A stretch of DNA of 64,000 nucleotides from Camelus dromedarius (lineage: Eukaryota), in contig NC_087437.1 in assembly GCF_036321535.1 (NCBI RefSeq), positions 7,874,001 to 7,938,000 of the forward strand, in the 5' to 3' direction. This document shows positions 15,136 through 26,957 of the stretch, one piece after another. Both the position numbers and the translations under genes were made by a program. Numbering within the stretch: position 1 is the stretch's first letter; each line of letters begins with the position of its first letter. The notes under the pieces are model-generated. The model saw nothing but the letters and a program-made list of their open reading frames with translations. It searched no databases and had not been told where the DNA came from.

Positions 15136-16959
15136 AAAATGAGTTACTATGTAGACAAACAAGTATAGAAAGATTCAAATGAAATTAAACAATTAGTTAT
15201 TAATTATTCATTACTAGACATCAGCCAGTTGGTGGTAGCTAGCTATTAACTGACCACTAACTGATAGTTTCAGAATAACTGTTTTTTTAAAAAAAAATAG
15301 ATATGGGTATCCACCCCCATACCTCCTAGAAAAATTTGTAAATTGATGTAATCTTTTAAAAACATTGAGCTCTGCCATTTTTCATTCATCAGTAGGAAAA
15401 TGAAGTTCAATAATTGATCCAATCCAACAACTACGAATAATGTTGGGAAGTTTCTTTTAGGAACTTGCAGTTGGAAGGGATCGCAAAGGGCCTCTTCTTT
15501 CTTATCCTCTCCCTTGTACATGAATTTCCCCCTTTTTAAATGACATCATAGATTTTTCAAAAGGGCTCCAATTCTTTTAGCATTGATCCTACCTCCAGTC
15601 TCCTATCAATGTCCTTGATTCTTCCATGATGAATCCCAATTACTAAGTCCCTTTTCTAAAGTTCAACACCTGCTTTCCAACCTTGCCATTCAGTATTTGT
15701 TTTTATATAGTTTCATGTTATTTTCATATGCATATTTCTTCCTTCCCCAAGTAGAGCACAAAGCTCTTGAGAACTTGGATTATATCTCAAAAAAAAAAAA
15801 ATTCTGTGAATTGCCTTAAAATTGTTATTTTAAAAGTATCTGGGCTTTAGTGAAATGCAATAGAAAATGTCCTGTAGCTCAAGCAACGCAGTGTTCAGGG
15901 CTATAAAATAAATATACATGAACTTGAGGAGACGTGGGGTTTTTTTCAGTTTTTTTTTTTATTAGAAAACAATGAGGCACCTGGGGAAATGAAGGCCAAC
16001 ACTTCCCATTCATTTCTGCACCGTTAGAAATAATCACAATATATGTAAATCGATACTAAATTAGTTAACATTTCCTTTTTGTGCTTCTATGAACACAGGA
16101 TAGGCTAGAATTTGAAATGATCAATTGTTTAAAATAATGAGTAAAAACTGTCCTGAAATAAATAATTAAGCAACCTCAGTTTGATACTATTATAGTTTCA
16201 TAATGTGGTAGAATCATGAAATCTAAAAGTTGCGAGGTATCTTAGAGGACATCTATTTTGACTTCTCACTCAATGTCGGAATATCCTTTTGAGATTACTG
16301 GCAAGAAGTGATTTTACCTAGATATTTTCCGTAGTGAGAACCTCACCCTGACCCAGAAAAAAATCTACAGCAGAGGTTCCAAAACCTGGTTGTGTTTTCA
16401 AATTCTCTGGGAATATATTTTTATATGATATAAATATTTTTAATTAGTTAATATGTAAAATAATAAATATTTTTAAAATAGCCATTCCTGTAGCCGATCA
16501 TAGGCTGACTCTCAGAACCTCTAGCGTTGGCACTTGGATTCTCTATTTTTTTTTAATTCTCCAAATGCTTCTAATGACAGCACACCATGCACACAGTGGC
16601 CCACCTCATTTCTCAGTTGCTTTAGCAATCAGAAACCTCTTCTCTATATTTAGCTGATACAACTCTCTGTAAAGCCTGTTAGTCATTTTTCCTGCTTCTG
16701 CGGCTCTTGAGTCGTTTTGAAGAAGCGACTTAACTGTTTTTTTTAATGAAAATACTTTAAATGTTGACGGTGGCCAATATCTCTCTCCCTCCCCCCTCAG
16801 TAGCTTATCTTCCTCTTCTAGAAATATTCTCTCTTCCTTGAAATTTTACTCATGTAATGCAAAATCCAGACCCTTCATCATCATGATCAACTTCCTTTGC
16901 CTCTGCCCCCTCCTCTTCACCCAGTTTCTGAAAGACAATAACAAATGACCCCAGTGTCC

Positions 16960-17365
16960 TACAGGTGACACTTCCATAATGGGTCTGTTGTCTAGCTCAG
17001 TGTTTCAGCTTATGACAGTGTCTCGAGGTCTTGTATTCCTTCTTTCTGTTCAGAAAGCTCTTTTCCGAGACATCTGTGGACCATTCTCTTCCCTCCTTCA
17101 AGTCTGTGCTCAGCTGTCAACTTCTCAAGGAACTCTTCCTTGACCAACCATTTTAAAATAGCAGCCCCCTCTCCCCAAATTTGTTTTCCCTCCTAACCCT
17201 ATCAAACCTCTATTATTCTGCATAGTTTATTTATCTACATTTTCATTGTCTCTGTCCCAGCATTAGAAAGTCAGTTCTAGGACGACAAGAATCTTCATCT
17301 GCTCTTTCCTTTGCTGTCAGTTGGTATGCAGTAGACACATATTCATGGTTGATGAATGAATAAAA
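16960..17365. mobile_element. L2 fragment
   Basis: ctccttcaagtctgtgctcagctgtca...tcttccttgacca, ending gttgatgaatgaat. Confidence 0.6.
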
Positions 17366-17954
17366 GATGTTTGGATTATGCATTATGTCCATTTTAATGA
17401 TAGACAGTAGAACACTGAATAGAGGAGAAAATTGGGATTTCAGTTTTGAGTCTGAAAAGACATGAGAAATCCTGACATGGGAGATGTTCCTATTGCCGAT
17501 GAGGAAACTGAGGTCCAGAGATAATCACACAGGCAGCAAGTGGCACAGAAAGGCCTGGACACAAGACCCCAGTCCCAGTCTATAGGGTTAGCTTTCCAAG
17601 TAGACCATCCTTCGTCTGCGTTGAAGAGACTTCCTCTCTGAAACGTCAGAACCCCACATCAAGACTTGAGCCTTGGATTCCATAAATTGGCCATATGTAC
17701 ACTTAAATTTAAGACTTGATTAAATCGTGGACAGATAATTTCAGGATAGGATAATTTTATAAAGGGCTTTTCTGAAAAGTCTGATAAAATATACTATATG
17801 TTCATTCAAGGGGAAATTATGTATTTCCAGTATATGTTTTCCTGTGGATGACTTTTCCATGTTTGTATTTTCAAATCTTAAAAGGAGTGCATTTTTAAAG
17901 CAAATAAAGAGTGTTAAGGAGAGACGGGAGGGTAGGGAATCCCCTGGTAGTTTA

Positions 17955-18460
17955 CTTTTTTATTTCATTAAAATAGTCAGTTATAGTGTGTCAGTTTCTG
18001 GTGTACAGCATGATGTCCCAGTCATGCGGATACATACATTTTCGTTTTCATATTCTTTTTCATTAAAGGTTATTACAAGATATTGAATGTAGTTCTTCTG
18101 TGCTGTACAGAAGAAATTTGATTTTTTAATCTATTTTTATATATAGTGGCTAACATTTGCAAATCTCAAACTCCCAAATTTGTCCCTTCCCACCCCCTTT
18201 CCCCTGGTAACCATAAGATTATTTACTATGTCTGCGAGTCTGTTTCTGTTTTGTAGATGAGTTCATTAGTGTCCTCTTTTTTTCTTTTTTTAGATTCCAC
18301 ATATAAGTGTTATCATATGGCATTTTTCTTTCTCTTTCTCTTTCTGGCTTACTTCACTTAGTGTGACAATCTCCATGTCCATCCATATTGCTGCAGAGGG
18401 CATTATTTTATTCTTTTTTATGGCTGAGTAGTATTCCATTGTATAAATATACCACAGCTT
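17955..18460 (-). mobile_element. Young L1 3' fragment
   Basis: Reverse of the same 3' UTR family: gtgtcagtttctggtgtacagca...tggctgagtagtattccattgt. Confidence 0.85.
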
Positions 18461-19099
18461 GTTTTTAAATCAAATCAGATCACTAGTACAAGATACGGTT
18501 CCTGCAGCCCTGTGCTGACCTCAGCTGATGGTCTGCAAGCTCACTTTATTTTTTTTTTTTTAATCTGCAAGCTCACTTTCTAACCTGAACTTCCCCAACC
18601 TAGGAGATGCAGTAGTTTCTGTTCAAATGGCAGTTATTAATAGAGTTTATTAGGGGAGTATGTTTTTTCTGTTAAAACTTCATTATCCAAAAAGCTTGAT
18701 TGGGGAAGGTGTCCACCAATGATTAAAAGAAGACTCTGGAGCCCTGAAACACACGTTAGGCACCCTGCTTCCATGAGGGGTTCTGCTAGACCTTTCCTGG
18801 TCAGTCTCTCTCACAGTCTTTATCAATGTGATGTTCATTGCTTGGTTGCTCTGATAGTGAAGGGACAGTCTCTGCATTTGTTCAGTAAGAACCTACCCTC
18901 TCGGTGGGTTTTTTGGAATATTGATTGGCAGTAATTAAAAATGGGTCATTGAAACTTATAATAGTCAAAGATGAAGAAATGATGAAAACTGGGTTTTTTC
19001 ATGTAAAATACTTCATTTTTTTAAATTAAACTTATATAGATACTGTTTTTTATAAATATGAGATTCTAGTGTGCAAATCGAGTATTTTGTTCTTCCTTT

Positions 19100-19237
19100 T
19101 TTAAGAAAAGATTTTGGGGGGTGAGGTAATTAGGTTTATTTATTTATTCATTTGTTTTTTAATGGAGGTACTGGGGATTGAACCTAGGACCTTGTGCATG
19201 CTAAGCATACAGTGTACCACTGAGCTATACCCTCCCT
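19100..19237 (-). mobile_element. tRNA-Ala-derived SINE (vic-1-like)
   Basis: Reverse A/B boxes (ggggattgaacc, ccactgagctataccctccc); TSD tgttcttccttt at 19088-19099 / 19240-19251. Confidence 0.9.
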
Positions 19238-19260
19238 GGTGTTCTTCCTTTAAAAAAAAA

Positions 19261-19360
19261 TTATTTATTTTAACTGAAGTACAGTCAGTTACAATGTGTC
19301 AATCTCTGGTGTACAGCACAATGTCCCAATCATGCATATATATACATATATTCATTTACA
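19261..19360 (-). mobile_element. Very short young L1 3' end
   Basis: ctgaagtacagtcagttacaatgtgtcaatctctggtgtacagcac, followed by a third copy of the target sequence. Confidence 0.75.
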
Positions 19361-19822
19361 TGTTTTCTTCCTTTTTAACCATGAGCTACTTTAGACATAT
19401 ATATTTATATAACAAATATCCAAATAACCAACATTCATAGTAGGCAAATAATAACATGTTCCCATGTTTCAGATGTTGTGCTTTAAAGAAATTTAAAATT
19501 CTATATCCTTCCAAGAGGACTTGAAAGACATTGTCATAGGACAAGTTCATCAGCATTAAATACATACTTATTTATAGCCCCAAATCTAAATGAAAGTTAA
19601 AGAGGACAGAGTATAAATTGTCAAGGGCCAGATGCCCTGACAATGTACTTATAGCAGAATCATAAAAAAAGGAATGAGGAGAGAATGAGAATAGAATATG
19701 CCAAAAAAAAATTTTTAACTGTTTTCAACAGTCATAATTTGTAATGGTAGTACCAGTATTGAAATGCTGAGAGTGTTGTGTGTGTAATGGGCCGGGGTAG
19801 CGGTAGGGGGAAGCAGATGAGT

Positions 19823-20146
19823 GCAAGCACACCTTACAGATGTTGCAGTTCAGTTCCAGACCACTGCAGTGAAACAAATACCACAATAAAGTGAGTCACA
19901 CACATTTTTCAGTCTCCCAGTCCCTATAAAAGTTATGTTTCCACTACACTATAGTCTATTAAGTTGTGCAATAACCTTGTCTCTAAAAAAACTATGTGCA
20001 TGCCTTCATTTAAAAAAATACTTGATTGCTAAAAAAAATGCTAACCATCATCGGACAATGCAGGATTGCCACAAAGCTTCAGTTTATAAAAACACAGTAT
20101 CTGTGAAGCACAGTAAAGCAACGCAGTGAAGTGATGTACGCCTGTA
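19823..20146. mobile_element. Tigger1-derived MITE
   Basis: gttccagaccactgca...aataaagtgagtcacac joined to ttgccacaaagcttcagtttataaaaa, ending tacgcctg-TA. Confidence 0.8.
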
Positions 20147-20699
20147 ATTGTGGCATATCATGCATGATTCTGTCATCCTCTGTACCTCAGTGACCAGAAT
20201 TCACAGTGTAGAATAAAGGGCATACAACTGTAATATAGAAATGTTAAGTAAAAACTCTGTAGTCCTGAAATGGCATAAGAAATACTTGTGAACTGCTGTA
20301 GTATCATATATATTCATGCATCTCCAAGCTCTTTCAACAGAGAAGGAATAAAAACAACGGCCAGCCCAGTAACAATGAATATTTCTGTGCCTCGATCATG
20401 GTTTTGAAATACAATTTCCCACGAAAAGAAACCCGGGTTTCTGGCATAAATGGCTGTTTCCGCTTCTGGGGCATGAACTGTACATGATGAGTCTGGAACA
20501 CCTTAGTGTTCAGAACAGAGCAAGAAAGCTACCAAAAACTATTAGTATGATGTTGAAAGAACTCAGGAGCCAGCATGAAGAGTCTCCCAGTGGCCAAAGA
20601 TGGGGTAATTTGAGCTTCGGTAAGAAATACAATGATCAGAAGTACAATGGGTGAAAACGCGTACAATAGATAACAAATGCTCCTGGAAGGCATCACAGG

Positions 20700-21548
20700 A
20701 AGCACCTGGATTGCCCTCCTCTAATGGGCGTGCTGCAGGTGCGGCCACGCACAGACTAATTCCCTCTGAGAGAAATGCGGAAACTGGCTGGGCGACTCCT
20801 GCACATCAGGTGAACGAAACAATGTCCACGTGGAGACCGGTGGGACACGCTGAGGCACACTTTTGCTGTAAACCCCATCCCTGGCACAGCACCATACAAT
20901 CGGGAGGGACCCTTCAACTCCCAGCTTCTCCCTGAGCCTGCACATCTCGTGGCCCCAACTCTTTAGGCTCCTACCCAAGGGATGGGCACCAGAACACCTA
21001 GCTCTGTAAGCCAATGAGGCTTCTGCCCCATGGGACTACAGGCAGAATAGAAGCAGTTTGTAAAGGGCACGGAACACCCCCATGGTTGTATCCCCGGGCT
21101 CAGCAAAACAATGCTCATCTCCCAGTTGCTCCCTGAAAGGCATTAGACTACATACTTTCCCAGCTGCTGCCTGAGTGTCCAGCTTCTAGTCAGTCTGCAT
21201 CTGGGTGCTCGTTTGATCCTCTGTCTCGAGACACTGACAGATCTTGGCACACCCTCAACTCCAAGGAGCCACTAAGAACAGAGACCCTAAACTCTCAAGA
21301 CGCCACCACAAAACTGTTAGAACTAATCAATGAATTCAGTAAAGTTTCAGGATACAAAATCAATAAACAAAAGTCCATTGTATTTCTACGTACTAACAAT
21401 GAACTACCAGAAAGAGAAATTAGGAAAATATCCCGCTTACAATAGCGTGAGTAGAACAGAACAGAGCAGAACACCTGGGGATAAAGTTGACCTAGGAGAT
21501 ACAAGACTTGCATACAGAAAATACAAAATAGTGTTGAAAGAAAGGTAA
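20700..21548 (+). mobile_element. L1 5'UTR-like block joined to an ORF2 RT-region fragment
   Basis: 21290-21548 reads [31 protein letters not shown] (L1 ORF2); the upstream GC-richer block resembles an L1 5' UTR. Confidence 0.6.
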
Positions 21549-21554
21549 ACAAGA

Positions 21555-21660
21555 GGGGGGAGGGTATGGCTTAGTGGTAGAGTGCATACTTAGCGTGCAC
21601 GAGGTCCTAGGTTCAAGCCCCAATACCTCCATAAGAAAGGGTGGGAGGAAGTAAGGAAGG
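21555..21660 (+). mobile_element. tRNA-Ala-derived SINE (vic-1-like)
   Basis: ggggagggtatggcttagtggtagagtgc...ggttcaagcccc, purine-rich tail, degenerate TSD gaaaggt(t)aaa. Confidence 0.85.
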
Positions 21661-21819
21661 AAAGGTTAAATAAATGCAAAATTCTAACTATAAGCTTGCC
21701 AAAGGAATTGAAAAAAATCAGGTTAGACTTAATTTTCAACTCTTACTGAAAGATCAGTACATGAGAAGTTAACCAGAAGGACATGATCTGTAAGAATAGG
21801 AACTATTGATCTGACCCTG

Positions 21820-21970
21820 AGAGCAGGAGCCAGCAGTACTGGCCTTAACCTGGAGCTTGTTAGAAATGCAGAATCCCAGGCCCCGCCCCACACCCTCTGC
21901 ATCTGAATATGCTTGGTGACAAGATACCCAGGTGATTCCTGTATACATCAGAGCTTGACAGGCACTGCCC
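21820..21970. mobile_element. MER5A-like MITE
   Basis: cctggagcttgttagaaatgcagaatcccaggccccgcccca...ccaggtgattc. Confidence 0.75.
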
Positions 21971-24900
21971 TATACACTGGTATTCTGAGAGAAGACTGAC
22001 TTCTGTTTGGTGTTCGATGATGGCAGTGAGGTCCCCTTAGCCAGATGCTAACTGTAGCTACAGTCAGGTACCAACTAGATAAGGAAAGCAATCAGAGGGT
22101 TGATAAATAATGGATTACCATCGGACAGTAAAGTAATAAAGTTGTGTCCAAAGGCCTGAGCTTGCAGAAATTCAGTGAAATTCATTGGAGTTACCACTTT
22201 CAAGACTTTAATTGGTCATTTTGGATTGACAATGCTAGATTTGTATTCTTCTCTTATTATAATTTAAGAGGCATCCGTTGCACCTGCAAATGCAAAGCCC
22301 TTGGTACAGTTCCTGTGTGACGTCAGATAAGCCACTTCACCTCCCAATGTTCTAGTCTCTCCAGCTGTAAACACAGATTTACAACTTTCATTCATTAATG
22401 GGACTAAGATCTTCATTTGGCTGAAATTTATGCAAGTGCCAAGTATGATTATTATTTTAGCTGACAGATAAAAAAGACTGTCACTTGTTTTTGAATGCTT
22501 TGTGAAGCAAAAGACACAAGGATGAAATTATGCTGATCGTCTTTTTTGTTTTGCCCGCTTGTGGAGTTTGATTGAACTTGTCTGAATCCCATGATAAATA
22601 TACAACATAACAAAGGATTAAATGAAAAACCATTTAATTACCTGAGTCAGAGCTTGTGAAAAATGTATGTGTTCGTGACAGGGGGAGAGGATGGGTGTAA
22701 TTAGTACCCCTGAATTTAGGAAAATTGTGTCTAGCAGGAAAATGTGTACATGTTTGGCAAAAATTGAGTGACAGGTCAAGACCTCTTCAAGCTAAGAAAA
22801 TTATATCAACAGATGCATTCCCCATCTGCTCACTGAATGCACAGAAATGGAAATCACTTTTTTTTCTCCGTCTATCAACTGAAGTTTCAGTTTTACTTAA
22901 AAGTCCATGAATCATACCATACCAATAGCCAAGATTGAGAAATGTAAAATATGAATAATATAAGACGAAAGGAAGCTATTTCATATGTGAAAGGAAAAGT
23001 ATTGTCAAAGACACGTTCTTGTCTTCATTATGAAACTCACAGTCCTGTTCCCAAAAGGCACAATCCAAAGACACACTAGGACAGCAAATCTGTGCTTGCA
23101 CCAAAACGCACATTAACTGTAAAAGCTGCCGGTGCAGGTGTAATTGGGACGAGAGGTCACCAACACCATCTGTGACTAGAAGTACAAGATCTTAATCAAA
23201 AATTTTCAACAGCTCTGGTTATTGCTGTTACAATTTGCTACTGGAAAGCTGCGTGCAAGGCACTGCTAAACCGTGGAGACTGTTTCTTCCAACTTTAATT
23301 ATGTAGAAGTGTTAATAGGAGTGGTTTATCCCTCCATGCTGAGGCTGAAGAGGAGTTACATCAATAACTGGCTTTTATTTTCTTTGGGCTCAGCGTTGCC
23401 TGAGATGGTATTCCCTACCATGCAGGAGTTTCAGCTTAGTTGAGTCCCTATCTTCCGTGATCAAATCCAGACACCTGACACTCTGACATACCAGTCTTCT
23501 GGGGAGTAAACGCTAACATCCATTATATTATTTAATTATCACAACACAGCCCTTGTTGAAATATGACTCAGGAGGACGAGAAGTAATATCACATCAATGG
23601 AGCCAACTAAACATGAGAGGAGAAACCCAGGCGCTCTGGAAACATAGGCGACAATGATTATTTCTGGGCCCACAGAAGTTCGGAGGAAACTGGGATATGG
23701 CAGAAATAGATAATGGTACTTCTGATTCCCTGCTTAGCAGTATGGAAAGATCAGAGTGTGGATTATCACAGACATTTGATGAGTCTGTTGTCACACAGGT
23801 GTTTCTGTTCATGATGGGAGATGTTCAAAGGAGTGAAAGCACTGCCTGGAAACCTGCTGAACACCGAGTGTTGTGTACGGTTAAATGTGTGGTGCTGGGG
23901 GAACAGAGAAGGGAAGGCTCTCCAAAGTGTTGGATAGAACACCGAATTACTTGGAAGCACAGATGGTGTTTTCATCACTTCTTCTTTCCAACAGTTGGGA
24001 CTTTGGAAGGGAGAGAGAAGTCTTGGATATGAACAATTGCCTATGCAGATGGTAATCATGAACTGGTTTGGCCAACAGTTTTAAATTCCAGACTGATGGA
24101 TTCTTATCCACCGAAGAATGAAAAGGAGGAGGAGGATGAAGAGGAGAAAATGAATAAAGTGTAACTTAATACAGAAGTAAAAGAATAACGTGTATTAAGT
24201 TATGTTTTCTTTATCTACTATATTTGTAAGTAGAAATAATCAGAAGGCCACATCTAAAATAGCCATGAAGGGTGGCAACCAGGGATGCAAAAAGCTTTGC
24301 TAAATTTCAGCTGATAAAACAACTCTGAATAAGTTAATTGAATTTGTCACTTGGCACTCATAATGTAGTCATGAGACTTGGGAGTCAGTAAACAGGGGGA
24401 ATTGCCCCAGGGAATTAGAACTACCCATGGAAATCAAGTTGATGCTGAGACAAGTGACAAAGCAGAAAGATAAATGAAGTCTACCAGAAGTCTTGGCCAA
24501 AAGAGACCTATTTCTACCATCATGAAGGAAACACAATAAAATAAAAGGGATTCTTGATGGTGGAAATGCCACCTGCTCTTAAAAACTGGAAAATACCCAA
24601 GGATTTGATTTAGGAAATTTACATACAAAAACTCTTTAACAGTCAGAGTACCTACTTCTAACATATTTACTTGGGATGAAGAGCCCCAGTTACAGATTTT
24701 CCAGTATAATTTTGTAGTAGGAATCTTTCTGCCAGGATGTTTATGATAAAATCATGAGATGATATAAAATAAAAATTGAAGGTGGATATGAGAGCCAAGT
24801 TCTTCAAAATGGCAGGAATTGCATTCATGTATTCATTCCAGATTTACTGAGTGCACGTTGTGTTCTGGGCATTGCCCTGAGTCCAGGAGATACTGAGATA

Positions 24901-24977
24901 ACCACTTCTACCCTCATGGAACTTATAGCCTAGTTGAAGGCAGACAGTCCTATTTGATGCTCAAACTGCTACGTGAG

Positions 24978-25457
24978 TGTTACTAAGTCCAAACTCATTC
25001 TGCTCGCTACACGACAGGCCAGTAAATCGGGAGACAAGGTGTTTTGGGGCAAGGAATAATGACTTTATTCAGAAAGCCAGCAGATGAAGAAGATGGGGGA
25101 CCCAAGTCAGAATTAGGCTTCTTTTATACTAAGAAGGGGAGGGGGTGTGGTTGGATGTTGCAAACTTCTTGGTGTTGGAATCCTTTGTTCTTGGCAGCTG
25201 TCCACATAGATCATGATGTTCCTATAAACCTCCAACAAGATAAATATTATTTTCTGTTCTGCAACTTTTTATCTCTATATGAATGGGAAAGTTGCAGAGC
25301 CTTGAAAATGGGCTCTCCTGTGTATTTCAGGCTCTAGGCAACATTCTTTTACAAAAGGTGCAAAACCAGCAGGAAGGAATGAGCTCAGGAAACAGCACAG
25401 GGTTAGAGATAAAGGAACAGATGTAATATGGAGTCAGATCTGTTCTTCCCTATCACA
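24978..25457 (-). mobile_element. Solo ERV1-type LTR
   Basis: TG...CA termini, 4-bp near-TSD tgag/taag, both ends homologous to 37159-37663. Confidence 0.8.
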
Positions 25458-26511
25458 TAAGTATCAGTGAGCTTGTCAGAAAAAAACCTCTGCAGAGGAA
25501 ATGAAGGCTTAGATGTTTGAAGGGAGAGAAACTCACCAGGCAGAGAGGGCTGAGGAGAAGAGCTCCAGTCCGTGGGGGAGAGCCTTCACAAGAGCAGAGT
25601 GCTGACTTGCACCGTGTACATCTGATGGTGTTCCAGAGGGGAAATGCGGGTAACGGGCCATGGAAAAGCCAAGTGGGGCTTGTGAAGGGCTTTGTAATTC
25701 CTGCTCAGAGAGATTCTGTTTTCTAATATGAGTGACAGAAGATTTAAAATTCAATTTATTTATAAAATTTAAAAATTTAGGCAGCTACTGAGGTAAATGG
25801 GAAAACATTGGTTCATTTGATCTAAATGATTGTTTTGCTTGTTTTTATGGACCCATCTCTGCAGTTCTGTTTTTCTGTTGTGTTTTGAAGACACCTCCTT
25901 AAGTGGATGGAGCATGGATCACAAAGTAGCCCCAAGAACCTTTTTTAGCAAATGCATATCTTCTTCACTGTGCTGTGAGCCTCGAGCCCCACCACCCTTA
26001 GGAAGTGGAGACCGTGCATTCTTTGTTTTCTGCATTTGGTTAAGAATAAAGCTTTTCCTGTTTTAGAATGAATCTTGTTAGTGAGCCCAGCAGGAAGCAG
26101 TAAACAGAAGTGCTGTGAAACTTCACTGTGTTGTCTGGCAGTTGTCACTTCGGTGTCACCAGAGTTTCCACTCCCAGGAGGGGTCATCTATCCTGTGACA
26201 GCTGGCTTTGTCCTTATAAAGGGAGAGATCCCTTGTCTGATGGGGATTAATTCCCTGTGCAGCTTTAATAAGGTGCAGGGGTGTGTCCCCAGTGACACAG
26301 TGACAGAAATCTTCCCTGACATAAATTGATCATTACCCTCTGGAGCTAAAGAAGGCTCTTTTTCCTTGGGTTCTTTGCTCTTTTTAGTTCAAGCTAATGT
26401 AGTAATTTTGTTTTCTGAAATGTTAATGCTATTTACATTCCTGGAGCCAGTCGAAACTTGTGATTCCCAGTCAGGGTTCATGGCCTCAGAGTTGTGGCAA
26501 ATGTGGCCGTG

Positions 26512-26880
26512 GACATTTGCAGCAACATGGATGGACCTAAAGATGATCATACTCCAGTGAAGTAAGTCAGACAGAGAAAGACAATGTGGAATCTTTTTAA
26601 AAATGATACAAATGAATTTATTTACAAAACAGAAAGAGACTCAGAGACATAGAAAACAAACTTATGGCTACCCAAGGGGAAAGTGGGGAGGGGGTGGATA
26701 AATTAGGAGTTTGGGATTAGCAGATACTAACTACTATATATAAAGTAGATAAACAACAAGGACCTACTGTAGAGCACAGGGAAGTATGTTCAATATCTTG
26801 TAATAACCTATAATGAAAAAGAATCTGAGAAAGAATATATGTGTGTGTATGTGTGTGTGTATAACTGAATAAAAAAAAAG
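26512..26880 (+). mobile_element. Young L1 3' fragment
   Basis: FAATWMDL ORF2 end, 3' UTR and poly(A) at ~26870-26879. Confidence 0.85.
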
Positions 26881-26914
26881 CTCCCTGGACTCGCCAATGT
26901 GGCATCCATCATCC

Positions 26915-26917
26915 AAA

Positions 26918-26956
<39 letters not shown>

Positions 26957-26957
26957 A
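26915..26957 (+). repeat. (TAAA)n microsatellite
   Basis: About 10 perfect TAAA units. Confidence 0.95.

Noticed and set aside
26880..26915. Possible 3' transduction between poly(A) and (TAAA)n
   Set aside because: The TSD is ambiguous, with two degenerate candidates, so it cannot be supported.
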